This document shows positions 1 through 8,214 of a DNA stretch of 40,157 nucleotides, in pieces. The notes beneath the pieces are model-generated. The model was not told where the DNA came from. It made no database searches and saw nothing but the letters and a program-made list of their open reading frames with translations. The stretch lies in IMG/VR virus record IMGVR_UViG_3300048988_000010, positions 1 to 40,157 of that record; one strand, written 5' to 3'. Position 1 is the stretch's first letter, and every line of letters begins with the position of its first letter. Position numbers and translations under genes: made by a program. The DNA is from a virus. Lineage: Duplodnaviria > Caudoviricetes.

Positions 1-876
1 ATGAATATCGATCAAGAATATAAAATCATTCCTGAGCCATTTCAAGGCTCTGAGGAATGGTTAGCTTTAAGAAGAACTAAGATCACTGCAACGGATGCTC
101 GCGTTTTGATGGGTGTTGATCCGTGGAAAACTAAAAAACAATTGTACGATGAAAAGATCGGAACAGGAAAGCCAAAAACTCAAACGTTCTACATGAAAAG
201 AGGTCTTGATCTTGAAGATGGAATAAGAAATCATCTAGAAGAAAAATATAGGATGCCTTTGCAAAAAGTAACAGTTGTAAGAGGGTGGTGTTTAGCATCA
301 TTAGATGCTATGAGTCTTGATGGAAATATAATAGCTGAGATAAAATGCCCAGGTAAGAAAGATCATCTTTTAGCTTTAAAAGGAGAGGTGCCTGAGAAAT
401 ATTATCCTCAACTTCAATTTACGTTGCATGTGACCGGCTTACAATTTATTTACTATGAAAGCTCAGAAGATGGAGATACATCAGAAAGTATTATCGTAGA
501 AAGAAATCAAGAGTACATAGATGACATGCTCGAAAAATGCTATGAATTCTATGAGATGGTACAGAAGAAAATTGAACCAAAAACAGAAGAAAGTGATTTC
601 GTTGAAAGAAATGATAAAATGTGGATAGATGCATGCGAAGAATACAAGGGGATTTGTAAAGAGATGGTGGTTCTAGAGCAAAAAAAAAAGATTGCTAAAG
701 ACCAGATAGTTTATTTTTCTATGTCAAAGAATTGCAAAGGTTCAGGTATAACACTGAAACAAATAGAGAGAATCGGAGCATTAGATTATGGTAAGTTATT
801 GAAGAAACTTGTTAATGTGGATATAGAGAAATATAGAAAGCCATCATCATTTGAATGGAGAATAACGATTCAATAA
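1..876 (+). CDS. YqaJ-like viral recombinase / lambda-exonuclease family nuclease
   Basis: QGSEEWLALRR..ITATD, GLDLE, ASLDA, EIKCP and YYPQLQ motifs. Follows the ERF annealase across the circular junction, so it may start at ATG 40152 (MNMNID...). Confidence 0.92.
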   Translation: MNIDQEYKIIPEPFQGSEEWLALRRTKITATDARVLMGVDPWKTKKQLYDEKIGTGKPKTQTFYMKRGLDLEDGIRNHLEEKYRMPLQKVTVVRGWCLASLDAMSLDGNIIAEIKCPGKKDHLLALKGEVPEKYYPQLQFTLHVTGLQFIYYESSEDGDTSESIIVERNQEYIDDMLEKCYEFYEMVQKKIEPKTEESDFVERNDKMWIDACEEYKGICKEMVVLEQKKKIAKDQIVYFSMSKNCKGSGITLKQIERIGALDYGKLLKKLVNVDIEKYRKPSSFEWRITIQ

Positions 877-883
877 AAGACAA

Positions 884-908
884 AGCCCCCGGAGTTCAAA
901 CGGGGGCT
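884..908. terminator. Intrinsic terminator-like hairpin
   Basis: AGCCCCCG-gagttcaaa-CGGGGGCT just after the YqaJ stop. The U-tract is weak on + and better on -. Confidence 0.6.
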
Positions 909-1037
909 CTTCAACAAGATATGCATGAAAATCCAGTCCATTTTCATCGAATTCAAAAGATTATTAACCAAAAAAACAATCTGATTTTATGTTAAATATT
1001 GCATAATTTCTTTGCATCATGTTTCTTAGACTTTTCA

Positions 1038-1065
1038 AAAAAAAATAAACGCGGTATATCTAGTG
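1038..1065 (+). repeat. 28-bp direct repeat, copy 1 (copy 2 at 1355-1382)
   Basis: AAAAAAAATAAACGCG(G/A)TATATCTAGTG, 27/28 identical. Confidence 0.9.
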
Positions 1066-1356
1066 AGTAAATGGAATAATTTAAGAAAAAGATCTGACGT
1101 AAAATTACCAAAAATTGGACAAAGATGCTTAGTGGCTTTGCATGATGACGTAGTGACAGAAGCAGTTTTTTCAAATGATAAAGATTTTTCTATGTATTCA
1201 ACACACAATTGGTTATTTAGAGATAAAAAATATGACGGTTACGAGGTTGAAATGTGGTGTGATTTTCCTGATTTTACATCATGTAGAAATGATGATGACT
1301 TACCAAATAGATCTATTGTAAGCCATACATTATCAATGATTTTTTACCCACTTTAA
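1063..1356 (+). CDS. DUF551-like hypothetical protein
   Basis: N-terminal KW...KLPKIGQRCLV and later VEMWCDFP resemble DUF551 phage proteins. Bracketed by the 28-bp repeat. Confidence 0.55.
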   Translation: MSKWNNLRKRSDVKLPKIGQRCLVALHDDVVTEAVFSNDKDFSMYSTHNWLFRDKKYDGYEVEMWCDFPDFTSCRNDDDLPNRSIVSHTLSMIFYPL

Positions 1357-1382
1357 AAAAAATAAACGCGATATATCTAGTG
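1355..1382 (+). repeat. 28-bp direct repeat, copy 2
   Basis: Matches 1038-1065; lies directly upstream of the TerS ribosome-binding site. Confidence 0.9.
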
Positions 1383-1398
1383 TATAAGAGAGGTATTA

Positions 1399-1914
1399 AT
1401 GGCTGGTAAAAGATTAAGCAAAGTAAACGCACATAGCAAAGCTAATGCAGAATCCAAAATACATGGAAACGTTAAAGTTCACGGAAACTTTAAAGAAATC
1501 AACTGGAAAGAAGTAGAGAGACGTATTGAAGTTGGGACTTCTGGAACGACAATAGCTAAATGTTTAAGAATTCATCCCGATACTTTTTTTGATCGATTTA
1601 AAGAAGAATACAAAGTTAGTTTTACTGAATATACCTCGGGAATGACGGCCTGTTTGCCTGCTAATATTCTATTAAGGCAGTATATAAAGGCTATGGAGGG
1701 CAACGTAGAGATGCTTAAACTGCTTGGCCGTGAAAATTGTGGTCAAGGACGTGATGAGGACCCTGCTAGCAGAAAACTAGCAGAGAAATTTGATGAAACT
1801 ATACTTCATTTGTCCGATTTGTTTTCGGGGGTTAAAACACCCGTCATACCACCTAAAGGTGCTTCTGATTTAAAAATGGATGATAGCAATATCAGCAAAG
1901 ATACGAAGTCATAA
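1399..1914 (+). CDS. Putative terminase small subunit
   Basis: HTH-like segment (TIAKCLRIHPDTF), AMEGNVEMLKLLG helix pair, GAGG RBS, position upstream of TerL. Confidence 0.65.
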   Translation: MAGKRLSKVNAHSKANAESKIHGNVKVHGNFKEINWKEVERRIEVGTSGTTIAKCLRIHPDTFFDRFKEEYKVSFTEYTSGMTACLPANILLRQYIKAMEGNVEMLKLLGRENCGQGRDEDPASRKLAEKFDETILHLSDLFSGVKTPVIPPKGASDLKMDDSNISKDTKS

Positions 1915-2213
1915 TGGTTGATAGATATGATCATCGCTTGCTGAGGCATCTCTTCAATGCGATGAATCATGTCGTCAAGTGCAGCTAGAAGGTCATCTCG
2001 TGTAATTGATGGAGCATCTTGAACTTTTGGTACGATTACATTATTATCATCATCAACCCTCAAGAATATGCTCCAGTCAGTTGCAGCACATCCCATTTTG
2101 TCGCCACCGCTCACACTGATTTTTCCGCAGGCACAATTGACTTCATCCCTGCTGTTAAGGCTCTCAATGATGGATTCACATGCTTTGCATTTTGCTCTAT
2201 TTCTCATAATCAT
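1806..2213 (-). CDS. Zn-finger hypothetical protein
   Basis: RNRAKCKAC...CACGKISVSGG pattern and AAAGG RBS. The 3' end overlaps TerS convergently by 109 bp. Confidence 0.7.
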   Translation of the reverse strand: MIMRNRAKCKACESIIESLNSRDEVNCACGKISVSGGDKMGCAATDWSIFLRVDDDNNVIVPKVQDAPSITRDDLLAALDDMIHRIEEMPQQAMIISINHYDFVSLLILLSSIFKSEAPLGGMTGVLTPENKSDK

Positions 2214-2217
2214 CCTT

Positions 2218-2226
2218 TGGTATAAT
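2218..2226 (+). promoter_or_regulatory. Extended -10 promoter candidate for TerL
   Basis: TGgTATAAT ending 7 nt before the ATG at 2234; no SD sequence. Confidence 0.45.
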
Positions 2227-2233
2227 ATTAATT

Positions 2234-3511
2234 ATGGCTGATGCACTATCTAAAAAGCAATTACAATACGTAAAAGAGGCTAATTCACGCTGGAATTTAG
2301 CCCACGGTTCCGTTCGTTGCGGAAAAACTGTAGGAACTGTATTCAAGTTCATGTTAGATGCTGTGCAATGCCCTGATAGCAAGATCTATATTGTTGGTCA
2401 CACATTCGATACAGCATATAGGAACGTTGTTAGATTGATCATGGAATCAGATGAGTTGGCTATATTCAGGCCATTTTGCACTTGGTCAGGCAAGAAGCTT
2501 TACTTTAGAGAGAAGGTCATTACGATTTTAGGTGCTAAAGATGAAGGAGCGATTGGAAACTTCCAGGGAGACACGCATTCTCTAACATATTGCGATGAGA
2601 TTACTCTATATCCTCCTTCCATTATTGATATGATTGACACTCGGTTAAGTTGCGTTCATAGCAAAGCACATGCTACGATGAATCCATCTTATCCCACTCA
2701 TAAAGTGAAAGGATGGATTGATAAAGCTCAGGAAGGAAATCCTAACTATTATCAGCTACATTTTACATTAGATGATAATCCGTATGTACCGCAGGACTAT
2801 AAAGACAGAATCAAGAATTCACTTTCGGGCGTATTCTATAAACGAAACTACTTGGGCTTGTGGTGCTTGGCTGAAGGGGCAATATTTGATTTTTTCGATA
2901 GAAACATTCACGTTTTACGTAAGCCTCCATGTGCTGCCGAATATTACATTGCAAGTATTGACTATGGCGCTTCTAATCCATTCGCATGCGTACTTATTGG
3001 CGTTTCCACGGGACAATATACCCAAACGGGAAAAAAGATGTGGGTCGAAAAAGAGTATTTTTGGGACCCTCAAGTTAAACAGCGTGGAAAAACAAACTCA
3101 GAGTTTGCATATGACATGGTTGAGTTCTTGCAAGATTACAACGTTAGGAATCTATACATTGATCCAAGCGCAGCCTCATTTAAGCTTGAAATGCGAAGAG
3201 CTGGATTGATAACGATGGACGCTAACAATGAAGTGCTAGATGGTATTCAAATGCTAGGTACTGAAATGCAGAAGGGAAACCTATTCATTTTAGATTGCTG
3301 CAAGAATTTGATTAGAGAGATGGAATCATATGTATGGGATAAGAAAAGCGCAGAGAAAGGGGACGACGAGCCAGTTAAGAAGGCAGATCACGCTATAGAT
3401 GCCCTCAGATATGCATGTGCGACACATAAAGTTCAAGTTTACCAGCCTTACAAAGATGTAGAGCGAGCAGATGAATGGAGAAAGAATAAGTATGATCACT
3501 ATAGAAGGTAA
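2234..3511 (+). CDS. terL: Terminase large subunit (PBSX/T4-like family)
   Basis: Walker A GSVRCGKT, Walker B YCDE, TMNP coupling motif, nuclease IDYG, YIDPSA and DHAIDALRY. Confidence 0.96.
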   Translation: MADALSKKQLQYVKEANSRWNLAHGSVRCGKTVGTVFKFMLDAVQCPDSKIYIVGHTFDTAYRNVVRLIMESDELAIFRPFCTWSGKKLYFREKVITILGAKDEGAIGNFQGDTHSLTYCDEITLYPPSIIDMIDTRLSCVHSKAHATMNPSYPTHKVKGWIDKAQEGNPNYYQLHFTLDDNPYVPQDYKDRIKNSLSGVFYKRNYLGLWCLAEGAIFDFFDRNIHVLRKPPCAAEYYIASIDYGASNPFACVLIGVSTGQYTQTGKKMWVEKEYFWDPQVKQRGKTNSEFAYDMVEFLQDYNVRNLYIDPSAASFKLEMRRAGLITMDANNEVLDGIQMLGTEMQKGNLFILDCCKNLIREMESYVWDKKSAEKGDDEPVKKADHAIDALRYACATHKVQVYQPYKDVERADEWRKNKYDHYRR

Positions 3512-3522
3512 GGAATATTCAA

Positions 3523-3702
3523 ATGTTTAACGGATCAGATCATATTTTAGAGCACTGGAAAGACGAAAAAGATAGAGCAGAAAGAAGAAAATTTCTTGAT
3601 TTAATTAGACCATTAGCCCATGAAAAAATAAGGACGGAAGAAGCGAGAGAGAAAGCTAGAGTAAAAACTAGAGAATCTTGGGTTAAGAGGAGGCTTGAAT
3701 AA
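3523..3702 (+). CDS. Small basic protein (59 aa), possibly a C-terminal remnant of an HNH endonuclease
   Basis: Read manually: MFNGSDHILEHWKDEKDRAERRKFLDLIRPLAHEKIRTEEAREKARVKTRESWVKRRLE; AAGGA RBS. Confidence 0.5.
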   Translation: MFNGSDHILEHWKDEKDRAERRKFLDLIRPLAHEKIRTEEAREKARVKTRESWVKRRLE

Positions 3703-3753
3703 ATAAAGTTTAAATTGTATGTTGAGGAGATAAAACATATATAGGGGGCTATT

Positions 3754-3870
3754 TTGAGTTTCAACGCACCACCATGGCAGAATGATGTAGAACCCACTCA
3801 GGGTAACGTGAGGGGCTGGTTAGATTCGCTTTACTCTAAGTTTCAACCTGTGGAACAGGCCCGGGCCTAG
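3754..3870 (+). CDS. Portal protein, N-terminal segment (ends at the TAG inside the 60-nt insert)
   Basis: AGGGGG RBS plus TTG. MSFNAPPWQNDVEPTQGNVRGWLDSLYSKFQPVEQAR is in the same frame as the main portal ORF. Confidence 0.75.
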   Translation: MSFNAPPWQNDVEPTQGNVRGWLDSLYSKFQPVEQARA

Positions 3871-3924
3871 CGCCCTCTGATTTCTTGTAATGAGAAGGAT
3901 GGGGGCGCTAGGTCTAAAAAATGA
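3863..3924 (+). other. 60-nt hairpin insert interrupting the portal reading frame
   Basis: 3863-3877 pairs with 3901-3915 (12 Watson-Crick + 3 G-U). In-frame TAG at 3868 and TGA at 3922. Confidence 0.8.
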
Positions 3925-5964
3925 TGGAATCAGGCCAACATAGACACTCTTTTTTATGCTGGCTCGCAGACTTTCGTTAATCGGTACTTCAATTTCTCGC
4001 CTACGACGTCGTATCAACAGTATTACTTCAATCTATGCCAGCAGCCCGTGAATATGATTACTGGTTATCAGCGTCAGCATAGAAAATCCATCATGTATCA
4101 GAATATTGACGGTGGAGACGCTCAGACAACAGACCAATACACAAAGCTAATTACGTCTGTAGCTAATCGTGGAGCTATTCACGAACAGTTTAGTAAAGCA
4201 TGTGAGCTTGCAGCTATATCAGGGATGGTTATGTTACAGCCTTATCTTGATTATAATGGAGATGATAGTGCACAAGGACAACTCAAGCTTAAAATATGGG
4301 AATATAACTCTTTTCTCGTCGACCCATATTTTCGCGAACCTGATATGTCTGACGCTCAATTCATCTGGTGTCAGGAGTACATTTCTAAAAGAGAAGCTGA
4401 AAGTCGCTTTCCTGACAAAATTGAAAATATTGCACCTATGGCAGGAACACCTCAGCGCTATGGATCTTTTTACTTTTTGCCAGAAAATTATAACATGGCC
4501 AGAAATGACCTCATGGTATTGTCGTATGTATGGTACAAATCGAAATCGAAGAAGAAACGTCTATACAGTGATAAGCGCAAACAGTTCTTCGATTTTGCCG
4601 GTGGTGATCCTCAGATGCAACAGATTCTGCAAGCGGTGCCCGATCTTGAAGAAGTGACAGTTGAAATGCCGTGTTGGAAATTAGCTTGTGTATTAAACGA
4701 GCAATTGATGTTCAATGGAGAAAATCCCATTGGTGACATTGGCGCGCCGATGATACCTGTATTTTGGAACTATGAACCACATATTAATTACTACGATCTT
4801 CGTGTCCGTAGTCTTATTAGAACAATGCGAGATCCACAATTTCTATTTAACTACAAGGTCATTACTAATAATGACATTGTTTCTGCTACTATCAATGCCG
4901 GATGGAAAAGGAAAGTAGGAGCTGTAGCTAACGAAGACAACTTGAAAAAGTCTGGCCAGGGATGGGATGTCATCATTAATGAAGGCTATGACATGACAGA
5001 CTGTGAGAAGCTGATTCCATCGGCTGTACCGCAATCAGACTTAGAATTAGCCCAACAAATGGACGATCTTATATGGAAAACTGCCGGCATTAACATTGAA
5101 AATTGGGCAGGACAGAACGATAAGCAGATCTCTACTCTTACTCAGCTAATGAAGATGGCAGCCAATTTAATGGTATTCCAGAAATACTTTGACCAGTGGG
5201 ATTACTCATTGAAACTAGTTGGGGATAAACTATTACATGTTGCATTGAATAATTGGAACGCTGAGAAAGTAGGACTAATGATAGGGGAAGAGCCTTCACC
5301 ACTGTTCTTTAGTCGCATGTTCAGTAAGTTTAATACAATGGTAGAAGAATCAGATCTAACACCTACACAGCAGAATTTACAAGCCCAACAGATGATGGAA
5401 ATCAATGAGAGATTCGGAAGAGAAGTATTCCCACCATCCAAAATCATACCTAAACTTAACATCACGGGCAAAGGCGAGCTTATTCCTTGGCTTGAGCAGC
5501 AAGAGCAGCAGCAACAAGCTGTTCAAAGCGAAGAAACAAACATCAAGCATTCATTCGAAGAAGCAAAATTGCGTGAATTATACAGTAAAGCAGCCGCTAA
5601 TATTGCTAGAGCAAGAGAGGATCACTCAAGATCTGAAAGCAATCTAGGCTTGTATGAAGAGCGTCTATCAATGATTGAAAGAAACCGTTCGCTTTCTCTT
5701 AAAGAGAAGCAACAGGCTCTAGCATTAATGCTCGAAAACATGGCTAAATTTGGTGAAGTAGACGTTAGACTTAAGAAAAATGAACTTGATCACATGAACT
5801 ATGAGCAAATGATTAAAGAAGAAGTTGAAAAAAGAGAAGTTGAGAGTCGGACAGGTGCTAATAAATTTCTAGCTGAGATTATGGGTGGCGGAATGAATCC
5901 ACCGCAGCAACAGAATCAGCAAATGCAGCAGCCCCAAGATCAAGGTCAAGGAATTGCTATGTAA
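3925..5964 (+). CDS. Portal protein, main segment (P22-like)
   Basis: Frame is open from TGG 3925 (WNQANIDTLFYAGSQ...FNLCQQPVNMITGYQRQ). Contains VRSLIRTMRDPQ and a Q-rich coiled-coil tail, and follows TerL. The ORF-track start at GTG 4048 is internal. Confidence 0.88.
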   Translation, partial: WNQANIDTLFYAGSQTFVNRYFNFSPTTSYQQYYFNLCQQPVNMITGYQRQHRKSIMYQNIDGGDAQTTDQYTKLITSVANRGAIHEQFSKACELAAISGMVMLQPYLDYNGDDSAQGQLKLKIWEYNSFLVDPYFREPDMSDAQFIWCQEYISKREAESRFPDKIENIAPMAGTPQRYGSFYFLPENYNMARNDLMVLSYVWYKSKSKKKRLYSDKRKQFFDFAGGDPQMQQILQAVPDLEEVTVEMPCWKLACVLNEQLMFNGENPIGDIGAPMIPVFWNYEPHINYYDLRVRSLIRTMRDPQFLFNYKVITNNDIVSATINAGWKRKVGAVANEDNLKKSGQGWDVIINEGYDMTDCEKLIPSAVPQSDLELAQQMDDLIWKTAGINIENWAGQNDKQISTLTQLMKMAANLMVFQKYFDQWDYSLKLVGDKLLHVALNNWNAEKVGLMIGEEPSPLFFSRMFSKFNTMVEESDLTPTQQNLQAQQMMEINERFGREVFPPSKIIPKLNITGKGELIPWLEQQEQQQQAVQSEETNIKHSFEEAKLRELYSKAAANIARAREDHSRSESNLGLYEERLSMIERNRSLSLKEKQQALALMLENMAKFGEVDVRLKKNELDHMNYEQMIKEEVEKREVESRTGANKFLAEIMGGGMNPPQQQNQQMQQPQDQGQGIAM

Positions 5965-5982
5965 ATCAGATAATGGTATAAA
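5954..5982 (+). promoter_or_regulatory. Sigma70-type promoter candidate
   Basis: TTGCTA-17 nt-TATAAA with a TG extension. Confidence 0.45.
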
Positions 5983-6030
5983 TAGATTAGATTGAATTAA
6001 CAGCCCTGCAGGGCTATAGGAGATATATAT

Positions 6031-6252
6031 ATGTCAGGACAACGAATAGACGACCATTCTTTTTGGGCTGGTGGTAAATCTAAGGGATCAGTTTTCCCCG
6101 ATGGTGGACATAAGTTAAAAGGCGAATCTAGTGCAGAAGGTTTTGGCGCTTTGGCAAAGTATGAAGATACAACCGAAACGATTAAGTCAATGCAAGTAGC
6201 AGCAAAAGGTAAAGTGCAAGGGCACCCGATGAAGCCAGGAACACGTAACTAA
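6031..6252 (+). CDS. Hypothetical protein (head region)
   Basis: 73-aa ORF with AGGAG RBS. Confidence 0.75.
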   Translation: MSGQRIDDHSFWAGGKSKGSVFPDGGHKLKGESSAEGFGALAKYEDTTETIKSMQVAAKGKVQGHPMKPGTRN

Positions 6253-6259
6253 TTTGTTA

Positions 6260-6331
6260 GACGCTCTAGCTCAGTGGAAGAGTCCTGTTTTCGAGGCAGG
6301 GGGACGGTTTGTTCGATTCAACCGTGCGTCA
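6260..6331 (+). tRNA. Degenerate tRNA-like gene, anticodon TCG (Arg)
   Basis: Acceptor GACGCTC/GTGCGTC-A, D arm TAGCTCAGTGGAAGAGT, anticodon stem CCTGT/GCAGG with loop TT-TCG-AG, T arm GTTCGATTC. One mismatch each in the acceptor and T stems; no encoded CCA. Confidence 0.65.
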
Positions 6332-6549
6332 TTAGCTCTTATACGCTAACATGAGGATGCACATCATGTAAAATATTTGCAGATGGGAGGTCCCCCTGAA
6401 AGTGGTTTCATCCGATCAGCTATCGGTTAAATGAAATCAAGGTTTTGCTTGGTTTTACCTAGACCCTAAAACCAAGACGTATTATATCGTGCTACATATT
6501 AAGTCGTTGATTACAGGTTAGTTAATTTTAAATTAACAAAGGCAGTTAC

Positions 6550-6807
6550 ATGAAAAAGAACTTTAAAGACACTATTCCAGACTTACATAACAAACCTCAG
6601 AAATCACCTTGGGATTTTACTTGCCCTGATTACGACCAACGAACATCTTGCTTTGTAAATGCTGGCTCTCATCATGGTGTTGGATATAAGCAGCCTGTTG
6701 GTTCATTGAAGCATACAAATAAAGGTGCTGTTCCAGTTGGAAAGGGCATGGGAATGACTGTTGATGAGATACCGATGAAAAACCTAGTGATTGAGTTTGA
6801 ATCATGA
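6550..6807 (+). CDS. Hypothetical protein (head region)
   Basis: 85-aa ORF with SPWDFTCPDYDQR; AAAGG RBS. Confidence 0.7.
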   Translation: MKKNFKDTIPDLHNKPQKSPWDFTCPDYDQRTSCFVNAGSHHGVGYKQPVGSLKHTNKGAVPVGKGMGMTVDEIPMKNLVIEFES

Positions 6808-6974
6808 AAGCTAACAACGCTCATACAGCTAAGCCGAATCAATCAGGTAGGGCAATGGGAGATTATTACGGCACTGGAATCAAAGCTAAGGTCGGAAGAA
6901 TGCGTGAAGATCAATTAGGATTTAATTCAGTTCCACCTAAGAAGCTAATGAAACCACCTAGATCATTAGCCTAA
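6804..6974 (+). CDS. Small basic hypothetical protein (56 aa)
   Basis: Read manually: MKANNAHTAKPNQSGRAMGDYYGTGIKAKVGRMR...KPPRSLA. ATGA overlap with the upstream gene. Confidence 0.7.
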   Translation: MKANNAHTAKPNQSGRAMGDYYGTGIKAKVGRMREDQLGFNSVPPKKLMKPPRSLA

Positions 6975-7465
6975 GAAACGGGTGGCATCCAAATTGAATC
7001 CATTCGCTTTTTACGCTTTGCTTCCAAGGATAGATCTGTATAGATGGATGCTATTTCTTGATCCGATAGATCATCATCTTCAGGTTTCTCTAATGATTGT
7101 CTATTGTTTTCGAAGGCATTGATACTCTCTAGAATATCTGGATTAGAGGTGATCTGATCCTTCTTAAATGAATCCCACGTCTCTCTTGCAGGTATCATCC
7201 ATATAATTTTAACGATATCTGTACCCGGATAAGCCTTGAATAACATGCTATTAGTTTGTGGTTTAGGCCTACTTAGTCTTGGTTGCCATATTAGACGTTT
7301 CACTGCTATGTTTTCATCTGTTCGAGCATGCGCAAATATATAGAACGCATAATTACCGAAAGGTTTTTGATTAATTAGATCTTGACAGCATTCAGAGATG
7401 GAAAAATTTTGACTAGTAAAATGCTGTAGTCTATCATGAGTTTCTAGTCGATCAATACGTATCAT
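6971..7465 (-). CDS. Hypothetical protein antisense to the head operon
   Basis: 164-aa ORF with GAGGG RBS filling a gap that has no + strand ORF. Its stop codon overlaps the stop of the previous gene. Confidence 0.8.
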   Translation of the reverse strand: MIRIDRLETHDRLQHFTSQNFSISECCQDLINQKPFGNYAFYIFAHARTDENIAVKRLIWQPRLSRPKPQTNSMLFKAYPGTDIVKIIWMIPARETWDSFKKDQITSNPDILESINAFENNRQSLEKPEDDDLSDQEIASIYTDLSLEAKRKKRMDSIWMPPVS

Positions 7466-7508
7466 AACGCCCTCTTTAGTCCATTTAAAACAGTCTCAAA
7501 GGATATAT

Positions 7509-8168
7509 ATGACAGATAATACAGAAAATGTACAAGTTCAAACTAATCAAGTCAGTGATAAAGAGCTAAATTTTCGCAAATTAGAAGCAAAATATCAGCA
7601 AGAACTAGGTGCAGAACGGGCTAGACGTGAAGATATGGAAAAAAGATTCAATGAAATGTCGCAGCAACAAAATCAAGTCCAAGATGTTGAAGAAGACGAA
7701 CCGGAACCTTACGTTGATCACAAACGTTTGGAAAAGAAACTAGCCAAGTTCGGTCAATCTAACCAATCGCAAATTGAAAAAGCTATGCAGCAAGCAAAGA
7801 TTCAAGCTAAAGAAGAATTGAAACAAGAAATGTTTCTAGATAATAATCCTGATTTTTACAATGTGTTAGAGCTAGCCGACAAATTCGCAGAGCGATCACC
7901 TAAATTAGCAGAGAATATATTGCGTATGCCAGCAGGTTTTGATAGACAAAAGTTAGTATATCAAACGATTAAAGAACTTGGTTTACACAAAGACGAAGTG
8001 AAGCAACAGACAATACAAGAAAAAGTAGATGCTGCTAGACGTAGCCCGTATTACCAACCATCAAGCGTTGGTGCTGCGCCGTACCAATCAGTTGGTAACT
8101 ATTCACCAGATGGTCAGAAACAAGCGTATGATAAGATGAAAGAACTTCAATCGAGATTGAGATTATGA
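7509..8168 (+). CDS. Putative capsid scaffolding protein
   Basis: Charged, Q/E-rich coiled-coil protein directly upstream of the capsid gene. Confidence 0.7.
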   Translation: MTDNTENVQVQTNQVSDKELNFRKLEAKYQQELGAERARREDMEKRFNEMSQQQNQVQDVEEDEPEPYVDHKRLEKKLAKFGQSNQSQIEKAMQQAKIQAKEELKQEMFLDNNPDFYNVLELADKFAERSPKLAENILRMPAGFDRQKLVYQTIKELGLHKDEVKQQTIQEKVDAARRSPYYQPSSVGAAPYQSVGNYSPDGQKQAYDKMKELQSRLRL

Positions 8169-8186
8169 GTGAAAAATAAAAAGTAT

Positions 8187-8214
8187 TTGAAAATATTTAA
8201 AAAACAATTAGAAT
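8187..8214 (+). promoter_or_regulatory. Promoter candidate for the capsid gene
   Basis: TTGAAA-16 nt-TAGAAT. Confidence 0.4.

Noticed and set aside
3868-3924. Genome-wide stop-codon reassignment as the explanation for the portal stops
   Set aside because: TAG and TGA end many genes normally (TAG at 11003, 11593 and 16298; TGA in ATGA overlaps), and other long genes are intact in the standard code.
3863-3924. Canonical group I or group II intron in the portal gene
   Set aside because: 60 nt is far too short for a ribozyme core, and the typical boundary sequences are absent.
2772-5647. Alternative-frame ORFs inside TerL and portal (2772-3209, 4169-4657, 5405-5647) and the antisense ORFs 3540-3797 and 3820-4017
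   Set aside because: No recognisable motifs or RBS; they overlap better-supported genes.
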